The notes beneath the pieces are model-generated. The model searched no databases, had not been told where the DNA came from, and was given only the letters and a program-made list of their open reading frames with translations. This document shows positions 53,480-64,000 of a stretch of 64,000 nucleotides of DNA, in pieces (position 1 is the stretch's first letter; each line of letters starts with the position of its first letter). The translations under genes and the position numbers were made by a program. The stretch lies in NCBI GenBank assembly GCA_963730175.1, contig CAVSRF010000022.1:5490-69489 (forward strand). Direction: 5' to 3'. Origin of the DNA: an uncultured Chloroflexia bacterium. Its GTDB lineage: Bacteria > Chloroflexota > Anaerolineae > Anaerolineales > Villigracilaceae.

Positions 53480-54563
53480 CTATGCTGGCTTACTTAATAT
53501 TTTGAGCAATTTATGATTTATAAAGAGGTGATGTTTCCCAACTTTTGTGTCTTTCAAGATTCCCATTTCTGCCAATTGAGCAAGATATTTACTTGTTGTT
53601 GTGTAATGCATATTTAATTCGCTGGCGAGTTTAGTGGGTATGATGACAGGATAAGTAAATATCGCTTCAACAATCCCAAGACCAGTGAATCTTCTTGTTT
53701 TCTGATTTTATTTGCTCCTTGATTTGATCGAAAAGCTCAGTAATCTTTTTTAAATCGTTTCGAGTCTCCATGGCTTTCATGTAAAAACCTTCGAGCATAT
53801 ATTCAATAAATCCATGCCAATTTTGATCTTTTGTTACAGCCAAAAGGTGATGGTAATAATCTGAGCGATGCTGGTTGATGTATCCGCTGATATACATAAC
53901 GGGAAATTGAAGTAAACCATACTGAATGAGTTGCAGAATCATCAGAATGCGCCCCGTTCTACCATTCCCATCACGGAATGGGTGGATGGCTTCGAATTGG
54001 TAATGAGAGATGATCACGCGAATCAGCGGGTCAAGAGACCCGTCTAAGATGTTGGCATAGTTTTCCCAATTACTAATCAGATTAGGAATGTCACTTGCAA
54101 TGGGCGGAGTATACAAACTTTCGCGGCTAGCAAGATTTGCAATTTGGTTTTGCTCTCGACGATATTGTCCATTACCAGCAGGAATCAAACGCGCCTGAAT
54201 TCCAGTGATAAGTCTTGAAGATAGCGCATATTTCTCTACATTTTCAAGTCCCCAGTTCATAGCTTCACGGTAGCGCAGAACTTCCTTATCGGGCTGGCGT
54301 TGCTCTGCTTCTGGAAACAACTGCCATTGAAGCACATCTGCTAAGGTGGTGTTAATATTTTCAATATTGGAACTGGCTACCAATTCGCGGATGATGGCAG
54401 GTGACATAAGCAAAAGAGGATTTGGGATTTGTCCGCAGGCACCCTTTAGTTCAGCTAGCTCCACGCGCGCGTTAATAAGAAGATCGCCAAAATCGGTATT
54501 AGCGATGATGTTTTGGGGAGGAAGTGGAACCAGTCTATGAGGATATGTTGGATCGAATGACAT
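53480..54563 (-). CDS. Fic family protein (class II-like, C-terminal wHTH; frameshifted)
   Basis: HPFRDGNGRTGR catalytic motif; N-terminal SSNIEN inhibitory motif. Confidence 0.9.
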
Positions 54564-54706
54564 ATGGCTCTCAATATATCAGTTTTTTTTGATTTTTGCA
54601 ATATATCACAGGTGTTGAAGATGCCTTTCTGTGCTAATATTTGCTTCGCCTTTGGTACACTGTAGTATATATACTGTAAAACAGTCTTGCCAAATAAGGT
54701 GAATCA

Positions 54707-55599
54707 GTGTCAATTAAAAGACAATTGTTGCCCATCCTAGATGCGAGCAAAGAAGCATTTGAAGTTGCTGTTGATGTGACTGGAAAGCAAATCTGGAGAT
54801 CACAAGAACTTAAACGCTTTCTTTACACTCAAGATTCGTCTGCATCCATATTACGCGATACTTCATTAAACGTGAATGATCTTGTAGATTATCTCGTTCA
54901 ATCCAGCTATTTACAGAAGGTGAAATTTAAGACCCCTCGTGTAGAAAATCTATTTATATGGCGTGCAGTCAACAAATTCACGATATTCCCTGTGCTGAGA
55001 CCTAACGGTTATTATGTTCATCAAACTGCATTATATATACATGGTCTCGACCATTTTTCAAATATTATATATTTCAATAATGAACAGCCCGCTCGACCAG
55101 CATCTGGGGTCTTTGAGCAAAGTAGAATTGACAATGCTTTTAGTAAAGACCAACGACTGACAAGTGCGCGAACAAATTATGATGGTGTTGAATTCTGGCT
55201 TTTAAGTGGCAAACTGGTAATTACGGGGTCACTGTTTTGAAGACGGATGACAACATTGAAGTGCCAGTAACTGATCTTGAGAGAACGCTGGTTGATATTG
55301 CAGTAAGACCTGCATATGCGGGTGGCGTGAATAATATTATTAAGGCTTATCAGTTGGCTCAGCCCAAAGTGTCAATTCAAAAGTTGGCTGATACTATTCG
55401 TAATCTGCAATATGTTTATCCATATTATCAAAGCATAGGTTTTTATTTAGATAATTCTGGCGTTTATAGTGAGCAAGATGTTCAATACTTTCTAGACTTT
55501 GGACCATTTCAGTATGACTTTTATTTGGAATACAAAATGTTAAATCCCAATTATTCGGAAAAGTGGAAATTATATTATCCAAATTCGTTGATATCCTGA
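54707..55599 (+). CDS. AbiEi-like (type IV TA antitoxin-like) protein (frameshifted)
   Basis: TALYIHGL, VTDLERTLVDIAVRPAYAGG; AT-rich. Confidence 0.7.
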
Positions 55600-55653
55600 G
55601 TTGATTTTCCCCTATGCTCAAAGAGCGAAAATATTTAGAGTTTCTTAGGATAA

Positions 55654-55940
55654 ACTCCCGCCGAAAAGATTCTGTGGAAAGAATTACGGGCAAATAAGCT
55701 TGGTGTTCATTTCAGAAGGTAGCAGGTCATTCAGGGATTTATCGTCGATTTTTATTGTCACAGGGCGGGCTGGTTATGGAAGTGGATGGCGATGTCCACG
55801 ACTTGCAGAAAGAGGAAGATGAACGACGGGAAAAGGTGTTGTCCGCGTTGGGGTTGAGGGTGGTCCGTTTTAGGAATGATGAGGTCGTAGGAAGTCTGTC
55901 CGCGGTGGTGAGAAAGATCAAGGGATTGGTTGCAAAGTAA
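55654..55940 (+). pseudogene. DUF559/Vsr-like endonuclease pseudogene
   Basis: TPAEKILWKELR...FRR*QVI.GFIVDFYC...EVDG.VH...RVVRFRN; no start codon, internal TAG. Confidence 0.8.
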
Positions 55941-55959
55941 TTTTTGAAGGAGTTACATC

Positions 55960-56349
55960 ATGCCGTCAAAATCTAAAAGAAGCCTGCAAGATGTTGTTGG
56001 AAAACAAACTTATGATGTGTGAGTGGATATGCTCCGTGAACTTGTCCCTGACGGACGGACACATCGCCTTTCGGTAGTCGTCGCGGGGATGTTGTTATAT
56101 GCTGTAGACAAGTCAATGCAGATCAAACATAGGAACGAAGAAGAACATTCTGTTGCCATGTCACTGATCGATGCAACTGATACAAGCGACCCAGAATCAA
56201 TCAAAGAGTTGATCCATGATGTTGTGGATAGGCTGTTCAAAGATGCAGGTGTCGAATATGAAAGAGTCAGCAAACGGGGTGAGCATTACAGTATTGCTGA
56301 TGAAATCTATAATGAGTTTTCGAGTTGGTACGATTATCCGTGGGATTAG
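55960..56349 (+). CDS. hypothetical protein (in-frame TGA at 56020)
   Basis: AGGAG RBS and ATG 55960 in frame with ORF 56023-56349. Confidence 0.55.
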
Positions 56350-56360
56350 GCGTGCGTATT

Positions 56361-56463
56361 AGAAGATGCCAGGCAGGAAAAGGTGCTGTCCGCTTTGGGG
56401 TTGAGGGTGGTCCGTTTTAGGAATGATGAGGTCGTGAAAAACCTGCCTGCTATATTGGATAAA
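56361..56463 (+). repeat. duplicated DUF559 3' end, copy 2
   Basis: EKVLSALGLRVVRFRNDEVV, near-identical DNA to 55829-55888. Confidence 0.85.
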
Positions 56464-57691
56464 TTACGGCAGCATCTTCTTTAGCGCAGAATACGCCCAT
56501 TGTGCAGCGCGTCGCACCATCTCGTCCGTATCTTGTGTTGCATGTTCAAGATGCTCCAGAGTTTGAGCATCCATAAACCAGGGCAGGCTCAATACAGCAG
56601 CAGTGCGGGTAAGTGGTGTTTCCGAGTTCAATAGTTCGATCAACAACTTCACCTGTTCCACTTTGGCATCGCGTCCATCGGCGAGCATCGCGCCGAATTT
56701 CCAGGTCTGATCCAGCATATTTTGAATTGCTTCAGGCGGCAGGTTGAGTTTCTTCCCCGCTTCACCTGCCCGTCTTTCCATCTCTGATAATGCCTGATTG
56801 AGTTTTTGGAAACCTTCATTCCCCAACATCCCCATCATCCCTGCGAGATCAGTCTGCGCACCTGCAACGTTGAATAAAGGTTTGGAATTTATCGGGAAGA
56901 CATCTGCCAGATCCTTTTTGATGCCGCTGAACCCCTGGAACGCATCGCACACAGCGCGATGTATCCCTGCGCGCAGACCGAACAACTGATCCTCTTGCAG
57001 CAACTCCAATAACCTGGGCGCTGTATCAACGGCTTTCAAGTTTTCCAGTGCCTGGATGGCAAGTGTCTGTGTTTCAAGATCAGCGTTCCCAAGTAACCCA
57101 AGCAAAAATTCGATCACCTGCGGTTCGTCCCGTCTGCCCAACGAAGTCAACGCAACGCGGCGCATGGTTGTTTCACTGCTCCCTGCCAGCCCAATTCAAA
57201 AAATCTACTCCCACCTCATACTTGGAGTCCGCCAATAACTGGACAAGATGAATATTCTCCTTCGTCTTCACTACATCCATCAGGGCAGGTCCCGCCTCTC
57301 TCCCAAACTTGCGCACTGCCTGATACGCACCTTTATTAACGTGGAATTGTTTTGCATCCTCCTCGATCACCGCATCGACCAATGCAGGGATGGTTCGCGG
57401 GTCTTTGACCCGCCCCAGCGCGACTGCCGCCCGCTCACGGACAGTGGCAACGCGGTCTTTTAACGCCTCCAGCAACCCGTCAACTGCTTCTGTCGATTTG
57501 AGCGCACCCAACGCCTGAGCAGCGTTCCGTCTCACCTTCCAATCGGGGTCTTTCAAATCAGGCAGGAGCGCATCCACTGCACGCGGGTCTTTGCTTTGAC
57601 CGAGCAATCGCGCCGCGTCACAGCGTTTGGTCCAATCGGAACCGTGCAGGTCAGCGATCAAGGTTTCAAAGGGAATATCATTTTTTGGCAT
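56464..57691 (-). CDS. HEAT/PBS-lyase repeat protein (frameshifted)
   Basis: repeated D..VR..AA.ALG motifs; ORFs 57173-57691 and 56464-57165. Confidence 0.85.
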
Positions 57692-57786
57692 GATGACATC
57701 TTCCTTATCTGTAAAATCTATTATGCCATGATGTCCCCGCAGGGCAAGGGATATGAACTTTCAAACGTAATACAGTACAAGAGGCG

Positions 57787-57934
57787 TTGGTTGTAGATGT
57801 GGATGGCGATGTCCACGACTTGCAGAAAGAGGAAGATGAACGGCGAGATGGGGCTGAGGGTTGTCCGCTTTGGGAATGATGAGGTTTTGAAGAGCGTGTC
57901 CACGGTGGTGGGGAAAATCAAGGAGCTGATTTGA
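57787..57934 (+). repeat. duplicated DUF559 3' end, copy 3 (internal deletion)
   Basis: GTGGATGGCGATGTCCACGACTTGCAGAAAGAGGAAGATGAACG identical to copy 1. Confidence 0.85.
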
Positions 57935-57969
57935 TATAAAACAAAAAAACAGATTTATACTTCGCCTCT

Positions 57970-58380
57970 ATGACTACTATTGAACAAATCAACGCACGCA
58001 GCCAGGGATATCTGCCTGGCTTGTTCGGAATTGAATTTATAAGTTTTGAGTTGGGGCTTATAAAAAGCAGGCTTGTTATCCGCCCTGAATTACTGGCTCC
58101 CAATGGATACCTGCATGCAGCCACAGTTATTGCGCTGGCAGATACAACCTGTGGCTACGGAGTTTTTTATGATCTGCCAGCCGGTGCACAGAATTTCACA
58201 ACGATCGAACTCAAGAGTAATTTTTTGAGCACTGCCCGCGAGGGAGTCATTGCATGTGTTGGCACACGAGTCCATGGCGGACGAACAACCCAGGTTTGGG
58301 ATGCGACTATCACTGATGATGCCAGCGGGAAAACAATTGCATTGTTTCGGTGTACACAGATGATATTGTATCCGCGGTAG
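57970..58380 (+). CDS. PaaI family hot-dog thioesterase
   Basis: NGYLHAA...LADT.CG, TTIELKSNFL, GRTTQVW. Confidence 0.9.
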   Translation: MTTIEQINARSQGYLPGLFGIEFISFELGLIKSRLVIRPELLAPNGYLHAATVIALADTTCGYGVFYDLPAGAQNFTTIELKSNFLSTAREGVIACVGTRVHGGRTTQVWDATITDDASGKTIALFRCTQMILYPR

Positions 58381-58440
58381 TGATGATGTTTTGAGAAAAC
58401 TACTTGTGGTAGTCGAGAAAATAAAAACACCTTTAAATTG

Positions 58441-58470
58441 AAAGAGCCGGGGCTCCAGGTCCGGCTCTTT
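58441..58470 (+). terminator. intrinsic terminator
   Basis: AAAGAGCCGG...CCGGCTCTTT. Confidence 0.6.
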
Positions 58471-58722
58471 CAATTTTCTCTAGGAGGAGAAGAAGAGAAT
58501 TCAACTTTAGCACCTCCCCAAAAAACATGCTGGACGCATACCCTACGTCACTTAAACCATTAATCAACGTTTTTTATGAGTCCTTTTTAAGGGGTATCAT
58601 TTCTGCTGAATTTCTGGTTAGATCGGCTGAATTTTAGGTTGTCTAACAACGTGCTTCGTGTAGACTTGGTGATTGGCGAGAAAATTCAAGTAAGATTGAT
58701 ATCGAATCAACCAGGAGTCCCC

Positions 58723-59492
58723 ATGAAAACAAAAGATGAGATCATCAATAACTGGCTTCCGCGGTATACCGATACCCCTCTCAGGAGTTTTGGTAAATAC
58801 ATTTTGCTGGTCAATTTTGAAGATTACCTGCACATGTTCTCGGAGTGGTACAACGTCCCCATCCGCGGGGGGGATAAGCCCATGCCCAACGTCACTGCCG
58901 AGGGCGTTACCCTGATCAACTTTGGGATGGGAAGCCCCAATGCCGCCACCATCATGGACCTGTTGCATGCTGTTCGCCCCAAAGCCTGTCTCTTCCTCGG
59001 AAAGTGTGGTGGACTAAAAGAAAAAGCAAAGTGGGAGACCTGATCCTGCCGATTGCAGCCATCCGCGGAGAGGGCACATCCAACGACTATTACCCGCCCG
59101 AAGTCCCAGCCCTGCCTGCCTTTAGTCTGCAAAAAGCCATCTCGACGACGATCCGCGACAACCACCGGGACTACTGGACTGGTACGGTTTACACGACCAA
59201 CCGCCGCGTCTGGGAACACGACGATAAATTCAAAGCCTACCTGCGCAAGATCCGTGTCATGGCGATCGATATGGAAACTGCCACACTCTTCACCACGGGT
59301 TTCTATAACGAGATTCCCACGGGCGCGTTGCTATTGGTCTCCGACCAGCCAATGATGCCCGGTGGCGTCAAAACATCTGAAAGTGATAAAAAGGTCACAC
59401 AAAAATATTTGGACCTGCACCTGCGTATCGGCATCGATTCACTCAAACAATTGATCAACAAGGGAGAGACAGTCAAACACTTGCGGTTTTAG
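58723..59492 (+). CDS. amn: AMP nucleosidase, short form (frameshifted)
   Basis: NWLPRYT, INFGMGSPNAAT, LGKCGG, IRGEGTS, DMETAT. Confidence 0.88.
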
Positions 59493-59560
59493 GGTTCTTG
59501 TTTAAGCCTGATCTATTCCTGCATTTTATAGTGAAACTATGAACGGATATGGTTTAAAAC

Positions 59561-59596
59561 AAAAATCCTCACGATTTAAAGGTCGCGAGGATTTTT
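59561..59596. terminator. bidirectional intrinsic terminator
   Basis: AAAAATCCTC...GAGGATTTTT between convergent genes. Confidence 0.7.
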
Positions 59597-59613
59597 AGAA
59601 TTACTGAAACGTC

Positions 59614-62582
59614 TTATCGTTCAACCAGAATAAATACACCGGAGAAGTTGACTGTGACCGTTACAATATTCCCAATCTGTTGGACGCCAGAGATGATGGT
59701 GCGTGGATCATCGGGGTTATCCGGGTTGAGCGGGAAGCTTGTGCCGGCTTCATAGAGCGGCAATGTCACCCAGCCACCAACACCCTCATTCAAGGTCGGG
59801 TCCCAGAACAGGATCGAATAGCCTCTGCCTCTTAGAATTTCAGGGATCAGGAAGTTGATGGTGACCGTTCCGTCCTCATTCAGGATCGTGTTGCCCTCCC
59901 CATCTGTCAGACTGGTGGCGACGCCTCCTGCGAAGCTCGTGCCTGCTCCCAGTTGCCCGGGCAGATTCTCCTCTGCGAGTTCCTCCAGCATACTAAAACC
60001 TTCAAACGGGCAACCGACCTTCATCCATGTGCCATTCGGCAGTTTCAAGATCGTGCCGGAGTATAGTTCACAATCCTGTTCCACCGGTGTTCCGCCAGTA
60101 GCTGGTACTTCAACGACGAGCGGTCCTTTTGTCTCAGTTGGTTCTTCTTCTTTTGGAGTGCAGTCTTCAGTTTCTGGTCCGTTTAGGTCAAGCAAGTAAT
60201 CACCCAAGCCGTTACCACCGAACGTAGCTGGTGTGACAAAGACTAATGGGCCAAACGGTCCGGGCTTGACCATCAGTCCATATTCACCATTATTGGTAAA
60301 CACACCACCATCAACGTTGACCGCAATATTTGTGATTTCATCTCCCGGGCAGATGGCTTTGGCAGTAGATGTGCTATAGACTTCGACGCCGTTGCCGCCA
60401 TTCTGGTCGGCGGTCACGTTGACGAGGTCAACTTGCCCACCGGTAGTGATCCACAAACCAATCGCGGTGTTGAGGTTGAATGCGCTGTCACTGACAAAGA
60501 CGTTGCCGGTGCTTGTAACAAGCTTGGCGCCATAATCAGTCACGTTATTGCCAGTAACAGTGACGAGGTCGAGATTGATGTCACCTTCGGATGTACCGGC
60601 ATAGATGCCGTAGGAGCCGTTCTCAACGAAGATGCTGTTATTGACGAAGATATTTCCCAGTCTGCATGTGCTCAAATAAGCGCCTTTAACTTTATTGAGG
60701 GAGGCTGTCACACCACTAAGCGTAATGTCACCATCTTCGCTTTGGGCTTGGATACCAAAGGAGCCATTACCGTTGAAAAATCCACCTGTAACGTTGATCA
60801 AGCCGGTGCCGTTCGTATTTAATACAGCACCTGCGCCATACTCGTTGCCGTTCGCGTTGACATTGGTCAGCGAGATGTTCCCGCCGTTGCTCTTGGCATA
60901 CAGCCCGGGATCTGATGGATAATTAAAGTTCACATTCTCATCGAACGTGCTGGAGGTGATCGTAATATTGTCCTGTGCTTCGAGGTAACCACCATTGGTG
61001 CCGTTATATGAAGCAACTACATTCGCCAATGTGATCGTGCCGCTTGATCGGCGTGTAGGCCAGTCCAATCGTTGCCCGTGGCACCATCCACGCCGAAGTT
61101 GCTATTGCTGACGTTGATTGCTCCAAGTCCGTAGGTTGTATCCAGTATGGCTCCGGTATTGTTGGCAAAAGTGTCAACGTTTGTCAGGTCAATGTTTCCA
61201 TCTGCAAGGATATCCAAACCTGTACCGTTTGAATTGCTGTTGAATTCGCTTTGGTCAACGGCCACATTCCCGGTGCCGTCATCATCAGCGCTGGTTAATA
61301 CTGTTCCATTTAGGGCGTTGGCGTTTGCCTGAACATTATCAATAGCGATGCCGCCGCCGGCGTCAATGACGAGTCCGTTGAAACCATTGTTATTGAATAG
61401 ATTGGATGTGGCACTCGTGATCGTGACGACCCCGTTGCCTGCACACAAACCTGGGGTGACGCTTCCATATTGACAACTGTCCAAGGAGGCTCCTGTCAGT
61501 GTGTTATCGCTGGCTGAAACAGTATCCAGCCCAACGGTTCCGCCGGACGCAACGGTCAGACCGTTCCCAGAGTTGTTGTCGAATTCGCTGTTGGAGATGT
61601 CAACATTCCCTGAACTATCCACCACTGCGCCATCGCCAAAGCCATAGGTGTTCGAAGGTGTATCGTTGACAGAGACGTTATCCAGCGTCACTTTTCCAGT
61701 GTTGGTAACGGACAAGCCAAAACCTGCATTGTCTCCTGCGGCAATGTCGAAGTCGTTGATGAAAATGTTTCCGGTCCAGTTGACGATAACCATGGAGACA
61801 TCAGCCAGGGACGTGCCAGTGACTGTGGTGTTATTGCCTCCACTCCAACCACCCTGGATGGTCAGGTCATTGTTATTCAGGTTGGTGAGGGTTGCCCCAT
61901 CAAAAACAATTTGGGCATTGTCATTTCCGTTGTAGGTATCCTCCACCCAGACTACGCCGTTGCCGCTATAGAGAGGGGTGGCAGATGATGCATCAAGGGC
62001 AAGGGCGGCAATCAAGGTTGCGAAGTCTGTAAAACTGCCTGTACAACCAATGCCACCGGGTGTTACCCCATCTGGACACCACATGGGGTCGCCGGATGCG
62101 ATGATCTCTGCGGCGTTTTCGGTTGCCAGGGGCTCGACATCACCGGCCTCGTTAATTGCCACCAGTTCGGTGCCTTCTGGTAGCTGTTCAAGGACTTCTG
62201 GTACCGAGATGGGTTCCTCAACTGCTAGTTTCTCCTCCGCGGATGCAGCAGGCTGCCCTTCATCAGGTGCAACAGGCTGTTCTTCATCCTTGATCGCCTC
62301 GACTGCTGGCGACTCGACATCGTCAGCCTCGTTATCAGATGTCACCTCTTCGGTCTCTGTCGGTAACGGTTCAAGGGCTTCAGGCGTTGAGGCGGGTTCC
62401 TCAACCGCCGGCTGCTCCTCGACGGGTGCAACGGGCTGTTCCTCATCTGCTGATATGGTTTCGCCATCTGTTGGTCCGGTACTTCCATCATCAGCATAGA
62501 CCGTCGTTGTGCGAACAGCACTGTTCGCTACTACAGAAACAATAACTAACAAGAACATAAATCGATTAAGTATTTTTTGCAT
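59614..62582 (-). CDS. large secreted right-handed beta-helix surface protein (frameshifted)
   Basis: signal peptide, acidic Glu/Pro linker, GDPMWCP, many N.V.A..N...G repeats; ORFs 61017-62627 and 59614-61068. Confidence 0.75.
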
Positions 62583-62777
62583 GTTGCCTTCTCCCAAAAT
62601 AATAATATTGTGACATATTTTCAACATCTATAATGGTACTTATGTGATGATGTTTTGAGAAGCAACAGAGCCATAATTGCCTTACGTTTTTGTAAATCTG
62701 CACAAAAACAACAGTCTTTACCGATATTATTTTGATTCTGCTGAAATGCTTTTTCCCTGCTATATGTAACAAATGAA

Positions 62778-62806
62778 AAAGAGCGACCTGTTGCGAGTCG
62801 CTCTTT
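62778..62806 (-). terminator. terminator after desaturase gene
   Basis: AAAGAGCGAC...GTCGCTCTTT. Confidence 0.65.
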
Positions 62807-62809
62807 GTT

Positions 62810-63828
62810 TTATGCTGTTATGGATTTTCGACGATATTGTTTTACCACTTCCCAGCCCGCGAGTCTGCGATTGGCTTCGTCATAAATGCGCCATTTTAGG
62901 CACTTTAAACTGGAGAGCAGGGTCAATGGTTTAACGTGAAAGATCGAGTTCTCCTTATATGCCTTTGGCAGGTTGTAATTGGGAATCTTCGAGCCTAGGT
63001 GATGGATATGATGGAATCCAATGTTTCCTGTGAACCATTGTAATAACGCAGGCAATTTATAAAATGAACTTCCCTGCATGCTGGCTTTGAAGTAATCCCA
63101 TTGACTGTTGCGTTCCCAATACACGCCCTCGTAGTTATGCTGAACGTAAAACATCCATACGCCTGCACTTGTGCCAAAGAACAGAACGAGCAATTGTGTG
63201 ATTAGATAGTTCTTCCATCCAAAGGTCAATCCCATCACAGTGACGATCACAGCCAGAGCAAGATTTGTCCACCAGACACTGGCGATCTCACGTTTTCCCG
63301 TGGCGGGCGGAATCCGCTCGCCGACAACGAACACGATCAATGGTCCGATCAGGAGCAGGGCTAATGGATTACGCATTACACGATAACCCGTCTTCTTCCA
63401 CCATGGCGCATCGAGATATTCCTGAACGGTCATTGTGTACACGTCGCCTGTGCCGCGACGGTAAGGTCGCCGCTTGTGGCGTGATGGATGGCGTGTTCAC
63501 GTTTCCAGCGATAATACGGCGTGAATGCCAGGATGCCCGTTACGATCCCCGTCCAATCGTTGGCGCGCTGTGATTTGAAGAATGAGCCATGTCCGCAATC
63601 GTGGAAGATGATGAAAGCCCGTACCATGAATCCCGCCGTGAGGAGGGTGAGCGGAATCGTCAGCCAGAGCGAAATATCCACACTGCGCAGCGCGAGATAG
63701 AACAGCGCGAAAAACGGAATCAGTGTGTTGAAAAGTTGCCAGATGCTGCGAGGCAGGTTAGGATGCGAGTAGGATGCGATGATCTTCTGCCACGTAGCTT
63801 TCCCCTCCGGATTTGTTTGTAAGTTCAT
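62810..63828 (-). CDS. membrane fatty acid desaturase (Bacillus Des-like; frameshifted)
   Basis: His boxes HDCGH, HAIHH, HHIHH. Confidence 0.92.
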
Positions 63829-64000
63829 GTGAACTCCTTCCAAGTTCATTGTACGACTTTTTACAGGAATAAGGTTAGAAAGCGGGGAGTATTAGATGAT
63901 GAATGGATTTTTCACTTCTTTGGTGAAATCAAGAAAAGAGGAGGAAAATTATTCCACAAAGCCTTTAAATTTCTGCAATTCAAATGTACGGCTCGCCATC

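Noticed and set aside
38888-56022. In-frame stops (TAA 38888, TAG in the DUF559 pseudogene, TGA 56020) as stop-codon recoding or selenocysteine
   Set aside because: Three different stop codons, all used as normal terminators elsewhere in the window; point mutation or sequencing error is more likely
55654-57934. CRISPR array or integron
   Set aside because: Repeats are coding-gene fragments of unequal length with gene-sized spacers; no cas genes, intI or attC-like sites were seen
1-64000. Dozens of frameshifts suggesting mass pseudogenisation or programmed frameshifting
   Set aside because: They also hit housekeeping genes (ssb, thrB, ettA, amn), often at short homopolymers, while catalytic motifs stay intact; best explained by long-read indel errors

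Overview
Bacterial chromosomal window, most likely from an Anaerolineae (Chloroflexota) genome; this is inferred from gene content, Pro/Thr-stalked lipoproteins and REP-like palindromes. Many genes, including housekeeping ones, carry single-base frameshifts that look like long-read indel errors, so split ORFs were merged by eye. Core genes (thrC, thrB, ssb, panC, ruvA, ruvC, yebC, sbcD, ettA, amn) alternate with accessory blocks. The best candidate for an undescribed system is the 11 kb cluster at 20962-32091: a cobalamin-binding enzyme, an opine dehydrogenase, an AsnB-like amidotransferase, a DUF2179 protein, a CPA1 antiporter fused to a DarA/PstA c-di-AMP receptor domain, a CBS protein, an ArsB/NhaD transporter and two free DarA-like proteins, plus a divergent GNAT-nitrilase. 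It may be a c-di-AMP-linked osmolyte or modified amino-acid pathway (inference). Second, two loci look like cassette arrays delimited by duplicated gene ends with no integrase in the window: three copies of the ettA 3' end and three of a DUF559 3' end, with cargo between them. Also notable are an ApbE/ferric-reductase cluster with no canonical flavinylation substrate, a probable cytochrome c-cytochrome b fusion with a Rieske protein, and a repeat inserted within thrB. No rRNA, tRNA, CRISPR array, transposase or integrase was recognised.
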